Of a stretch of 64,000 nt of DNA, positions 18,948 through 27,791 are shown in pieces. The stretch comes from Tabrizicola sp. Its GTDB lineage: Bacteria; Pseudomonadota; Alphaproteobacteria; Rhodobacterales; Rhodobacteraceae. How positions within the stretch are numbered: the stretch's first letter is position 1; each line of letters starts with the position of its first letter. The notes under the pieces are model-generated. The model did no database searches. It was not told the origin of the DNA and saw only the letters and a program-made list of their open reading frames with translations. The stretch covers positions 6,016 through 70,015 of the forward strand of contig NZ_JAXMMF010000030.1 of the NCBI RefSeq assembly GCF_034366665.1, written 5' to 3'. Made by a program: the position numbers and the translations under genes.

Positions 18948-19657
18948 CCGAGCTGCTCTTCCGAGACGATGCCTACCAGACCGCTGCCGATTGCCGGGTG
19001 ATCGGCCATACGCCCGAAGGCGGCATCGTGATCGACCGGTCGATCTTCTATGCCACGGGCGGGGGTCAGCCGGGTGACAGCGGTGTTCTGGACTGGGGCG
19101 GCGCGCTGGTTCCGATCGCCACGGCGCTGAAGGTCGAGGGCGGGATCGCTCTGGTTCCGGCCGAACCGGTCGCCATGCCACCCGTCGGTGCTGCGGCCCG
19201 CCAGCTGATCGACTGGACCCGCCGCCACCGCCACATGCGCATCCACACTGCGCTGCACCTTCTGTCCGTGGTGATCCCGCTACCGGTGACGGGCGGCCAG
19301 ATCGGGGCGGACCGTGGGCGGCTGGACTTCGACATGCCGGAACCGCCCGGTGACGTGGCCGCGCTGGACGAGGCGCTGAACAGCCTCATCGCCCGCGATC
19401 TGACGGTCAGCGACGACTGGATCACCGACGACGACCTTCTGGCCAATCCGGGCCTGGTGAAGACCATGTCCGTCCGTCCACCGACGGGGCAGGGCAGGGT
19501 GCGGCTGGTGCGGATCACCGATGGCGACACTCTGGTGGACCTGCAACCCTGTGGCGGCACCCATGTTCGTCGCACCTCCGAGATCGGCCGGGTCGAGATC
19601 GGCCGCATCGAGAACAAGGGCCGCCAGAACCGCCGGGTGACGATCACGCTTGCCTGA
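18944..19657 (+). CDS. alaX: alanyl-tRNA editing protein AlaX
   Basis: 'FYATGGGQPGD', HxxxH 'HTALH', CxxxH 'CGGTH'. Confidence 0.92.
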   Translation: MTELLFRDDAYQTAADCRVIGHTPEGGIVIDRSIFYATGGGQPGDSGVLDWGGALVPIATALKVEGGIALVPAEPVAMPPVGAAARQLIDWTRRHRHMRIHTALHLLSVVIPLPVTGGQIGADRGRLDFDMPEPPGDVAALDEALNSLIARDLTVSDDWITDDDLLANPGLVKTMSVRPPTGQGRVRLVRITDGDTLVDLQPCGGTHVRRTSEIGRVEIGRIENKGRQNRRVTITLA

Positions 19658-19737
19658 CCACACCGTTTCGCTTTTTGGCGCGCAGGCCAGATATCCCCTT
19701 GAACAGCCCCGCAAAGCCGGAGTATCAGCCCTGCGAC

Positions 19738-19827
19738 GGACAGTTGGCCGAGTGGTCGAAGGCGCACGCCTGGAAAGTGTGTAGGCGGGGAACCGTCTCG
19801 AGGGTTCGAATCCCTCACTGTCCGCCA
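19738..19827 (+). tRNA. tRNA-Ser(GGA)
   Basis: GGACAGT acceptor stem, anticodon arm CACGC-CTGGAAA-GTGTG, long variable arm, GGTTCGAATCC T-loop, encoded CCA. Confidence 0.97.
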
Positions 19828-19982
19828 TATTCTTCCAGTCAGGCTATTGGATTGTAAGCGGAACCCGGCTTCGCCGCCGCCCCGAAATCCCGCGCAGACT
19901 TTCGCAAGCCCCCGGAAATGGGCAAGGCGCTTTGCCTTGGCGGGCAAGGGTCAGCCATGTCCCGGGAGCCCGGCTTGACAGG

Positions 19983-22900
19983 TCAGGACGCAAAGCGGCC
20001 CTGGTCCAGGGCGTGGGCCAGTCCGTAGCGGACCAGGTTTGCCAGGTGGGCTTCCACCGTCGCGGGGCGGGTGCCGGCGAAGGTGCGGGCGATTTCGGCG
20101 GGGGTGGCGTCGCCAAGGTCACGCAGGCGGGCCAGGACGGCGTTGTTCTGATCGGGGCGGGCCTTGGGCCAGGGCGTCTTGGCAGAGGTGTCGGTCGGAC
20201 CGATGTCCAGCGCGCCCTGGTCGGCCCTGGCGGCGACGGCGCGGCCCTGGGGGTTCTGGTAGTCGGGGCGCAGCCAGCGGACCAGCCCGCGCGCTTCTTC
20301 GGCCGCGCGGGTCCGGTTCAGGTCCACCAGCCGGTGCAGGATTTCGTCATCGGAAAGGGTGGCGGGCCAGCCATAGGCCTCGGCGACGCTTGCGTCGATC
20401 TGGTCATGCAGGTCGCGCAGGATGCCGATCAGGCCCTGATCGTAGATCTCCTTGTCCTTCCCCTCGATCCGCTGCCCGGCCCGCAGCTTTTCCAGCACGT
20501 TGTACATCGCCGTCAGCGTCAGCTTCGGATGCGCCGCCTGCTGCGCCTTGCGGTGGGCGTCCAGCTGTTCGCCCAGAGAGCGCAGGCGGGTTTTCTGAGC
20601 CTCGGTGGGGGTGGGAAAGGGGAAGGGGTAGAAGCAATCTGAATGATTATAAGTTGGATCGTTGCCCACGCCTAACATTGCACCGGCGGCTAGCGCCCAA
20701 CATTGGTGAGTGCGAGACGATAGCACGGAAAGTTCCGCTGCGTCGTCAATGGCGAATGCCACCACTTTGCTTTCATGCAGAACCGAAGTGTCAACAAACT
20801 GGAAGGTTCGGTGCTTTGCAGTTCGCGTCGTGGCAATGTAACGGCTTAGGCCTTCAAACGCCGGTCGAAAGGTGCTTATCGTTTCCCCAAAGAGCCACCA
20901 CTTAAGCCGTCTAGATTCACGCTGATTCAAATCACGCTCTGGCTTAACCGTGTCCAACACCCTCTGATATGCTTGAGGTAGCGCCAGACGGGCTTGCTCC
21001 GCGGTTAGGCCAAAAAGGTCAATAACGTAACTCATTCTGGGCGACTGAACCAAGTCCCTTCCGTTAACGAACGGGCGAATATGCTTCATTCCGAGGTCTT
21101 TGTTATCCGCTACAAAGGCAGCGGCTTCTGTCTTGGAAAGGATGAAGCCGGACCCATGAAGCTTCACGCCCATTCCAGCAATATCAAGATTCGCCTTCAA
21201 CGGCACGGCCCCCGCCACATCCGCCCCGATGCGCAGATCGGCGAAAACCTTGCCCTTCTCGATCGAGAAGGTCACGGGCCGCCCCTCGGCCTCGGTCTCT
21301 CCTTTCCGTTCCTCGGTGATCGACATCAGCCGACCCGAAGCCCGCCCGGCCTCGGCCACGGTCATCGCGATCCGCACGGCCGCGCCGTCGCCTGCGTCCA
21401 CCCAAGGATGGTCGGGAATGGCAAAGACCAGCGACAGGGGGGCTTTGTCGTCGTTCAGGTGCGGCTCCAGCACCCTTCGGTTGAAGGTCTGGCGCAGAGA
21501 GTTCGTGGTGATGAAGCCAAAGCGCCGCGTGCCTTTCGCCTTGGTCTTGTCACTCGCAGGTTTCCAGCCGCGCGCGGCAAGGGCGGCCTTTTCCCACCAG
21601 AACATGACGAAATCGGCACTTTGCGGCATCCGGGGGTAGGCGGCCCAGAGCGCCTCGGCATAGCCGTCGCCCAAGGCGTCGCGCAACCGGCTGGCGCCGA
21701 TGAAGGGCGGGTTGCCGACGATGAACTCTGCCTCGGGCCAGGTGGCGGGGCGGGGGCTGGCATAGTCGTAGACCTGCACCCGCGCCTGGGGATCGGGGAC
21801 CTGCTCGCCCGTGACCGGGTGAAGGACCGTCGTCTGACCATCCCAGCGGGTCACCGGGCGGCCCTGATCGTCCAGCCGGGGGGTTCGGCTGGCCCAGTCC
21901 AGCAGGGCGTCGCGGTTCTCGATGTTCTTGAAGTCGCGCAGCACGGGCTCGGCGGGGCTGGCCTTGCCGTGGGTGCGGAAGTGCCATTGCAGGTAGCCGA
22001 TCCACAGGACCAGCTCGGCCACGGCGGCGGCCCAGGGGTTCAGCTCGATCCCCAGAAACTGGTGCGGGTCCACCGTATAGCCGGCCAGCGACAGGGCGGC
22101 CTGATCGTCGCCGAGATCGTGAAGAAGCGCGGTCACCTCGCCCTCCAGCCGCTTCATCAGTTCAAGCGCGACATACAGGAAGTTGCCCGATCCGCAGGCC
22201 GGGTCCAGCACGCGGATGTCGCAAAGCTTGCGATGAAAGGCGCGGACGGTGTCGCAGGCGTCCTTGAGGTTGCCCGCCGCGGCCAACTCTCCTGCCGTTC
22301 GGGAGACCCCGCCCCATTCGGCGCGCAAGGGTTCGATGAGCGTCGGGTTGACCAGCCGTTCCACATAGGCGCGGGGGGTGTAATGCGCGCCAAGCTTGTG
22401 GCGGTCGCGGGCGGACAGGGCGCGTTCCAGAAGCGTGCCGAAGATCGCCGGTTCCACTTCGCGCCAGTCGCGGGAAGCGGCCTCGATCAGCAGGGAAAGC
22501 TGGATTTCGTTCAGGGGCAGGGCGTCGGCCTCGCGGAAAAGCCCGCCGTTGAAGCGCAGGAGGTCGGTCAGCAGGACAGTCGAAAAGCCGCCCGCGTTCA
22601 TCGTCTCCCACAGCGATTTCAGCGCCGGGGCCGCGCGTTCGGGGTGGCCGCGCAGCTTGTGCAGAAGGTCCGAGAAGCTTTTGGCGGGGATCAGCGCCAC
22701 ATCCTCGGCGAACATGGTGAAAAGGCAGCGCATCAGGAAGCGGGCCACATCTTCGGGCTTGTGGCCCTGGCCTTCGAAGGACCGGCCAAGGGCAGCCAGC
22801 CGGTCGGCGACTTCGCGGGTGACCTGGGCGCTGACCTTCGCGGGGTTGAGGGAATGTGGTTCGGTCCAGATCTGGCGCAGGCGGTCGCGGACCTTGTCGT

Positions 22901-23450
22901 CGCGAAGGTCGTCCATGCGGATGCGGTAACGGTTGCCATCGGGGAACTGGGTGTAGCCTTGGCCCTGGCCCGAGAAGTCGGCATAGACTTCGATGACGTG
23001 GCCGACGTCCACGATCAGCAGAAAGGGCGGCCAGCCGTCGTCGCGGGACACGGCGCGGGCGTATTCGTCGGCTTGGGTCCGGGCGCGCAGCATGGTGTCG
23101 TCCCAGCGCCGGGTGCCCCGCACGCCATGACCCTTGCTTACTTTGGCCGGAAGGTCGGGCAAGAGGTCAGGTTGGGTCAGGTCGGGCTGCGCGCCCTCGG
23201 TGCCCTGTTTGGCTTCCATCACGAAATGCCCGGCGCGGTAAAGGTCGATCCGGCCGTGGGATTTGCTGCCGGTGTGACGGAAGGTCACCGGATGCTCGAA
23301 CCGGTAGGAGTCGCGCTTGAGGTCGCCCGTGGCCGGATCGGGCCGGGGCACGCCCAGAAGGTCGGTCAGATCATGGGCGAAGGAATGAAAGTTGGCGCTT
23401 TCGCTTCCCCCGGACGCCTTCCACGGCGCAATAAAGTCTTCCACGTCCAA
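19983..23450 (-). CDS. MmeI-like type IIL/IIG single-chain restriction-modification enzyme (endonuclease + N6-adenine MTase + TRD)
   Basis: N-terminal 'RIDLY...MEAK' PD-(D/E)xK, 'FNGGLF', 'IFGTLLE', 'GAHYTP', motif I DPACGSGNF, motif IV GNPPF, 'PFPFP'. Confidence 0.88.
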   Translation of the reverse strand: MDVEDFIAPWKASGGSESANFHSFAHDLTDLLGVPRPDPATGDLKRDSYRFEHPVTFRHTGSKSHGRIDLYRAGHFVMEAKQGTEGAQPDLTQPDLLPDLPAKVSKGHGVRGTRRWDDTMLRARTQADEYARAVSRDDGWPPFLLIVDVGHVIEVYADFSGQGQGYTQFPDGNRYRIRMDDLRDDKVRDRLRQIWTEPHSLNPAKVSAQVTREVADRLAALGRSFEGQGHKPEDVARFLMRCLFTMFAEDVALIPAKSFSDLLHKLRGHPERAAPALKSLWETMNAGGFSTVLLTDLLRFNGGLFREADALPLNEIQLSLLIEAASRDWREVEPAIFGTLLERALSARDRHKLGAHYTPRAYVERLVNPTLIEPLRAEWGGVSRTAGELAAAGNLKDACDTVRAFHRKLCDIRVLDPACGSGNFLYVALELMKRLEGEVTALLHDLGDDQAALSLAGYTVDPHQFLGIELNPWAAAVAELVLWIGYLQWHFRTHGKASPAEPVLRDFKNIENRDALLDWASRTPRLDDQGRPVTRWDGQTTVLHPVTGEQVPDPQARVQVYDYASPRPATWPEAEFIVGNPPFIGASRLRDALGDGYAEALWAAYPRMPQSADFVMFWWEKAALAARGWKPASDKTKAKGTRRFGFITTNSLRQTFNRRVLEPHLNDDKAPLSLVFAIPDHPWVDAGDGAAVRIAMTVAEAGRASGRLMSITEERKGETEAEGRPVTFSIEKGKVFADLRIGADVAGAVPLKANLDIAGMGVKLHGSGFILSKTEAAAFVADNKDLGMKHIRPFVNGRDLVQSPRMSYVIDLFGLTAEQARLALPQAYQRVLDTVKPERDLNQRESRRLKWWLFGETISTFRPAFEGLSRYIATTRTAKHRTFQFVDTSVLHESKVVAFAIDDAAELSVLSSRTHQCWALAAGAMLGVGNDPTYNHSDCFYPFPFPTPTEAQKTRLRSLGEQLDAHRKAQQAAHPKLTLTAMYNVLEKLRAGQRIEGKDKEIYDQGLIGILRDLHDQIDASVAEAYGWPATLSDDEILHRLVDLNRTRAAEEARGLVRWLRPDYQNPQGRAVAARADQGALDIGPTDTSAKTPWPKARPDQNNAVLARLRDLGDATPAEIARTFAGTRPATVEAHLANLVRYGLAHALDQGRFAS

Positions 23451-23767
23451 TGGTTTGCCGCTCCTGTCCCACTGGCGAAGTAAGGCCGGAAACGCGGCCG
23501 AAGGCTAGGGGGTTTTTCGGATCGGGGTAATTCCGGGGCGACGCAAGGCAGGTGCGGCGAGGCTTTCTGCCAGGGTTGGTGCGCTGCCGGTCCTGCGGAT
23601 GAACCGTCCCCCCTTTCGCCACCCCCACTGCAGGAGGCGGCATCTGCGCGCCGTGCCTTGCGGTTGTAGTGCGCTCATCCGACACCCGTGTGTCGTAACT
23701 ATTCCCCCGATTTTCACTTAAATTGTCCGGGACCAAACACGCTTTCGCCATGTTCTGCGGTGAATGA

Positions 23768-23782
23768 CTAACGCAGGGTTAA
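23768..23782 (+). promoter_or_regulatory. CtrA-like box CTAA-N7-TTAA upstream of the STAS/RsbW pair
   Basis: One mismatch to TTAA-N7-TTAA; an extra TTAAC half site at 23802. Confidence 0.45.
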
Positions 23783-23833
23783 GCACGCTTGACCTCTGCG
23801 ATTAACGATTGTCATGTCAGGGACGACCGACCG

Positions 23834-24169
23834 ATGCACCTAGATGAGACCAACGGCGACCATGCGGTCCTACGGATCGAGGCCCCCCGGCTGGATGCCA
23901 GCAAGGCAGCGGCGCTGCGCGAGGTTCTGGTCGATCTCATCGCGGATGGTCAGCAGTCGATTGTGCTGGACCTTGAAATGGTTGAATTCATGGACAGCGC
24001 CGCGATGAGTGCGCTGATCACTGCGGTCAAGAAACTGGGTCCGCTGGGGACGATTTCTGTAGCCTCTGCAAGCTATCCTGTGGCACGGTTGTTTTCGATA
24101 ACGAAGATGGATCGGGTATTTCCGATCACGGCAACGGTCGATGAGGCGATCCAGCGCCTGGCCGCATGA
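23834..24169 (+). CDS. STAS domain anti-sigma factor antagonist (RsbV/SpoIIAA-like)
   Basis: 'RLDA..A..LR', 'IVLDLEMVEFMDSAA' with phosphoacceptor Ser, 'LFSITKMDRVF'. Confidence 0.9.
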   Translation: MHLDETNGDHAVLRIEAPRLDASKAAALREVLVDLIADGQQSIVLDLEMVEFMDSAAMSALITAVKKLGPLGTISVASASYPVARLFSITKMDRVFPITATVDEAIQRLAA

Positions 24170-24182
24170 AGTGAGTGATTGA

Positions 24183-24608
24183 ATGGCGGAAACGCGCTTC
24201 CGGGCTGTCAATCGTGACCTGGAGGCGATCGGACCCGCCGCCGACGCCCTTCGCGATACCCTGAGCGGCTGCCTGGACGAGGATGGCCTGGCCTGCGTCG
24301 AACTGGCTGTTGTGGAAGCCCTGACAAATGCTGTCGTTTTCGGCTCTTCTGCAACCGGAAAGCCCATCGATCTTTTCGTCGAGATCACCGAACGCGATGT
24401 CGTCGTCGAGATCGGGGACGAAACGCAGCCTGACCCCGGCCTGTTCGAAGGCGCGGGGCCGGAGCGCCTGGATTTCGACCCGTCCGACCGGCAAGGCATC
24501 CCTGAAAGCGGACGCGGCTTGTCGCTGATGGTGGTGTCAATGGACGAGGTCGGCTTCCGAACAGTCGGCGATCAGGTGCGCCTGCGTCTGGTGCGCCACC
24601 GCCCCTAA
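24183..24608 (+). CDS. RsbW-like anti-sigma factor / Ser kinase (HATPase_c)
   Basis: N box 'ELAVVEALTNAV', G2 box 'PESGRGLSLM...MDEV'. Confidence 0.85.
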   Translation: MAETRFRAVNRDLEAIGPAADALRDTLSGCLDEDGLACVELAVVEALTNAVVFGSSATGKPIDLFVEITERDVVVEIGDETQPDPGLFEGAGPERLDFDPSDRQGIPESGRGLSLMVVSMDEVGFRTVGDQVRLRLVRHRP

Positions 24609-24997
24609 CGGGCAAAGCTGAGGGCGGCGATGACGATGCCTGGTCGCCAGGCCGGGTCCGCCTTGCCCGCGATGTCCCAAAGTTCGTCGGCCCGGCTGCG
24701 CGCAGCGTCGATGTCCAGCACGCCGGCCTGCATTGCGGCCGACAGGGCCACAAGAAGCGAAGCCGCCGCCTCGGCATCGGTGGGAGAGGCCGCCAGTCGC
24801 GCCTCGGCTTCTGCAAGGGCCCCTGTCGCCTCGATGGCCAGGCGGGCGTCTGTGGCCGCAGCCTTGGCCTTTTCGGCCGCGTCCTCGGCCCCGATGTCCA
24901 GCCGCTCCAGATGGACGATCGCCGCCGTCGACAAAGCCAAGGCCGCAATCCAGGCAATCTGGCTCCGCGCGCCGATCAGGGCTTCACTGAACTTCAT
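24605..24997 (-). CDS. hypothetical membrane-anchored, Ala-rich helical protein
   Basis: N-terminal hydrophobic segment; start overlaps the GT2 stop, suggesting translational coupling. Confidence 0.6.
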   Translation of the reverse strand: MKFSEALIGARSQIAWIAALALSTAAIVHLERLDIGAEDAAEKAKAAATDARLAIEATGALAEAEARLAASPTDAEAAASLLVALSAAMQAGVLDIDAARSRADELWDIAGKADPAWRPGIVIAALSFAR

Positions 24998-26873
24998 GCT
25001 GGAACCGTTCCATGATGGGCAGGTCGAACTCCGGGTCTGGCTTCCACACGGCGGCCAGGATGATGGGCATCAGCGACAGGACGTTGTTTACACCCCAAAG
25101 CGTGTTGGCCACCAGCCCGCCGATGGAGTAGTCGCCCCCGCCGCCCAGATGCAGCGTCCAGGCCCAGACCAGCCCGGCAATCGTCAGGCCCACCATCAGA
25201 AGTTGCCATTTGACCAGCGACAGGAACCGCCCCTCGCTGCGCTGCTTCGGAGTGACGGGGAACGAGATCTTGCGCTTGCGTGCCACCGCCCAGAGCGCCT
25301 GGATGTTCAGCGGGAACATCGCCAGATACCAGCGCCGCCCCGACATGGTCTTGGCCCCCCAGAGGCCGGCCAGTTGCGCCAGCTCGTTCAAGAGCAGGAA
25401 GGGAACGATGTGAAGAAGGAAGTCGATGGAATAGGTGGCGACCGGCACGATCCCGGTGAAGAGGAAGATCACCGGCCACAGCAGGAAGACCACGTTCCAC
25501 AGCGGCGAGAGGTACGAATAGAACGTCACCCCGTACATGATGCGTTGCGGCAGGGTCATGCCTTTCGCAAAGAGCGGATTGTCGGTGCGCAGGATGTCCA
25601 GCGTCCCCCCGGCATACTTGAAGCGCTGGGTCGTCCAGCTGAGCAGGTCGTTCGGCGACACCATGCGCGACACCACCACCGGATGCTGGACCGATTTCCA
25701 GCCCCGCTCGCGGTCCTTGTGCAGCCGGATCGAGGTGTAGATGTCTTCGGAAACATGCAGCATGAAGGGGGTGAAATCGACCTCCTGCGCGGCGCTGACC
25801 CGGGTGACTGCGGCCAGCCGGGTGTCGACCCTGGCTTCCCCGGTCAGCTGACGGATCTCCTCCATCTGGCGTTGGAACGACACGTCGACATCGGTGGCCC
25901 AGGTCCGGATCGCGACTTCCATCACGGCCTCGCGCCGGTGAACCGACCCGGCCCCGCAGCAGAAGGCTGCGTTCGCCCAGTTCCGGCGGCGCAGGATGAA
26001 GTCGTAGAAAAGCTGGGGATCGTTGCCGAAAGGGTCCTCGCCCAGGCGCACGGGGCCGATCAGCGCCTCGACGGCCCCGCCGATCCGGCGTCCGACGCCG
26101 CCAAACCTGCGCGCCAGCATGACCGGCAGCGGCACGCCCGGTGGCACATCCCAGAACCATTGCGGGGTCTGCACCCAGGCCATGCGCGGATCGCGGAAGT
26201 AGCCCAGCGTCTCGGTCAGAAGGTGCGGCAGCGGGATCGTGTCGGCGTCGCAGATCACGATCAGGTCGCCCGAGGTATGGTTCATCGCATTGCGCAGGTT
26301 CCCGGCCTTGTAGCCGACATTGTCCGTGCGGGTGATGTAGTTCACCCCCTCCTCGCGCGCGACATCACCCATTGGCGGGCGGCGGCCGTCATCCAGCACA
26401 TGGACCCTGACCTCGATGGGATGGGGATAGTCCAGCCGCTTCGCCGCCTGCAGGCCCTTGCGGACGATCTCGGGGTCTTCGTTGTAGGTGGCGAAGAACA
26501 CGTCGATCACGATCGGCCGCTCGGGCGCCAGCGGGTCGCCCGTGATGTCACGCAGCGAGAGCGGTAGCGCACCGGGCCGGGGCGACCGGTCGGTCCAGAT
26601 GTTGATCGTGAAAAGGATCAGCCCGATGTAGGCCAGCGTCTCGGCCAGGACCAGCGGCAGCGAGAACCACACTGCCGAGAAATTCAGCGACTCCGTCCAG
26701 CGCCACCAGAGATACCAGGCACCGAAGATCAGGCTGCAGGTCGCAAGGAACTGCCAGAGCGCGTGGTGAAACTCGGAATGTCGGCTGATCTGCCAGGGAA
26801 CCTGCCGCTCGAAACGCGTCACGGATGCCTGGGTAGCAGGGCCATCACCGGAAGCGTTTTCGAAGGCTGTCAT
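24984..26873 (-). CDS. cellulose-synthase-like processive GT2 glycosyltransferase (no PilZ domain)
   Basis: 'YLWWRW', 'TYNED', 'VLDDG', 'YKAGNL', 'CDAD', 'VQTPQ', 'FCCGAG', 'VSED', 'QRFKY'; C-terminal TMs. Confidence 0.88.
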   Translation of the reverse strand: MTAFENASGDGPATQASVTRFERQVPWQISRHSEFHHALWQFLATCSLIFGAWYLWWRWTESLNFSAVWFSLPLVLAETLAYIGLILFTINIWTDRSPRPGALPLSLRDITGDPLAPERPIVIDVFFATYNEDPEIVRKGLQAAKRLDYPHPIEVRVHVLDDGRRPPMGDVAREEGVNYITRTDNVGYKAGNLRNAMNHTSGDLIVICDADTIPLPHLLTETLGYFRDPRMAWVQTPQWFWDVPPGVPLPVMLARRFGGVGRRIGGAVEALIGPVRLGEDPFGNDPQLFYDFILRRRNWANAAFCCGAGSVHRREAVMEVAIRTWATDVDVSFQRQMEEIRQLTGEARVDTRLAAVTRVSAAQEVDFTPFMLHVSEDIYTSIRLHKDRERGWKSVQHPVVVSRMVSPNDLLSWTTQRFKYAGGTLDILRTDNPLFAKGMTLPQRIMYGVTFYSYLSPLWNVVFLLWPVIFLFTGIVPVATYSIDFLLHIVPFLLLNELAQLAGLWGAKTMSGRRWYLAMFPLNIQALWAVARKRKISFPVTPKQRSEGRFLSLVKWQLLMVGLTIAGLVWAWTLHLGGGGDYSIGGLVANTLWGVNNVLSLMPIILAAVWKPDPEFDLPIMERFQHEVQ

Positions 26874-27187
26874 ACTGCCAGTATTTCATGGTTCTGTGGA
26901 GGCTGTCGAGGGCAACACGTGGCGCAGCCCCTGACAGACAAGGCGGTTTGATCCTTCAGGCAGACCGGGGCTGGACCCCGCATGATATCCCGCATTTCGG
27001 TCAAATTTGCACGACTGCCTGGCTCAGGGCGTAGCCAGCGCTTGAAAACAAACAAAAAAACACATCGCCGCTGACGTCGCCCTTGTGGGGGCCACCGAAC
27101 TTTTGGCGCGCGGAGAATGAGATTCTTAAGATTCGTTGGCGACAGTGCAGCTTCAACCTGTCCGTTTCCGCTGCTTTGGAGGCAACG

Positions 27188-27751
27188 ATGAAAGCACTAA
27201 GCCTTGCACTGATTGTGTCCCTTTCGCCGGGCGTGGCGGCAGCGGGTTCGCTTGAAGATAACATGAAGGCCTTCGTCGACACGGAAGTCCGCAGCAAGCT
27301 TGCCGACCCGATGATCACCGCCGCGATCATCGGGGCCAATGCGGCAAGCATGGCGCTGACGCCGAACGACATCCAGACGCTTGATGGTCAGTGGAAGGCA
27401 GAAGTCGGCAAGGGCAGTGCTCTCATCAAGGGCGTGGCCGAGAACGCCACCTCGGCCGTCCTGCGCGACTATGTCTTCTCCTCCGCCGGCAAGATCACCG
27501 AGGTGATCCTGATGGACGCAAAAGGCCTGAACGTCGCGGTCAGCGATGTGACCTCGGACTACTGGCAGGGCGATGAAGAAAAGTACCAGCTGACCTATGG
27601 CGTCGGGCCGGACGCTTTCCACGTCTCGGAAGTCGAGTTCGACGAATCCACCCAAACCTACCAGGCACAGGTGTCTTTCACGATCACCGACCCGGCAACC
27701 GGTCTCAGCATCGGTGCTGCGACCATCGGTGTGAACGCCGAATCCTTCTGA
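27188..27751 (+). CDS. exported stand-alone PDC/Cache-like sensor domain protein
   Basis: Signal peptide MKALSLAL...AAA; '[26 protein letters not shown]', 'VEFDEST', 'IGAATIG'; GGAGG RBS. Confidence 0.7.
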   Translation: MKALSLALIVSLSPGVAAAGSLEDNMKAFVDTEVRSKLADPMITAAIIGANAASMALTPNDIQTLDGQWKAEVGKGSALIKGVAENATSAVLRDYVFSSAGKITEVILMDAKGLNVAVSDVTSDYWQGDEEKYQLTYGVGPDAFHVSEVEFDESTQTYQAQVSFTITDPATGLSIGAATIGVNAESF

Positions 27752-27791
27752 TCTGCACCCAGCGCCAGCAGCACCTCCACGGGAAAACACC

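Noticed and set aside
16500-19181. Long antisense ORFs (893 aa here; also 21081-23483, 24630-26567, 55434-57437 and others)
   Set aside because: Typical stop-poor shadows of high-GC coding strands, with no motifs.
24984-26873. Calling the GT2 bcsA
   Set aside because: It has no PilZ domain, no QxxRW Trp and no neighbouring bcsB or bcsZ.
27045-27063. A-rich tract AAAACAAACAAAAAAACAC as a phase-variation site
   Set aside because: It is intergenic, the longest pure run is 7, and it fits an ordinary UP or bending element.
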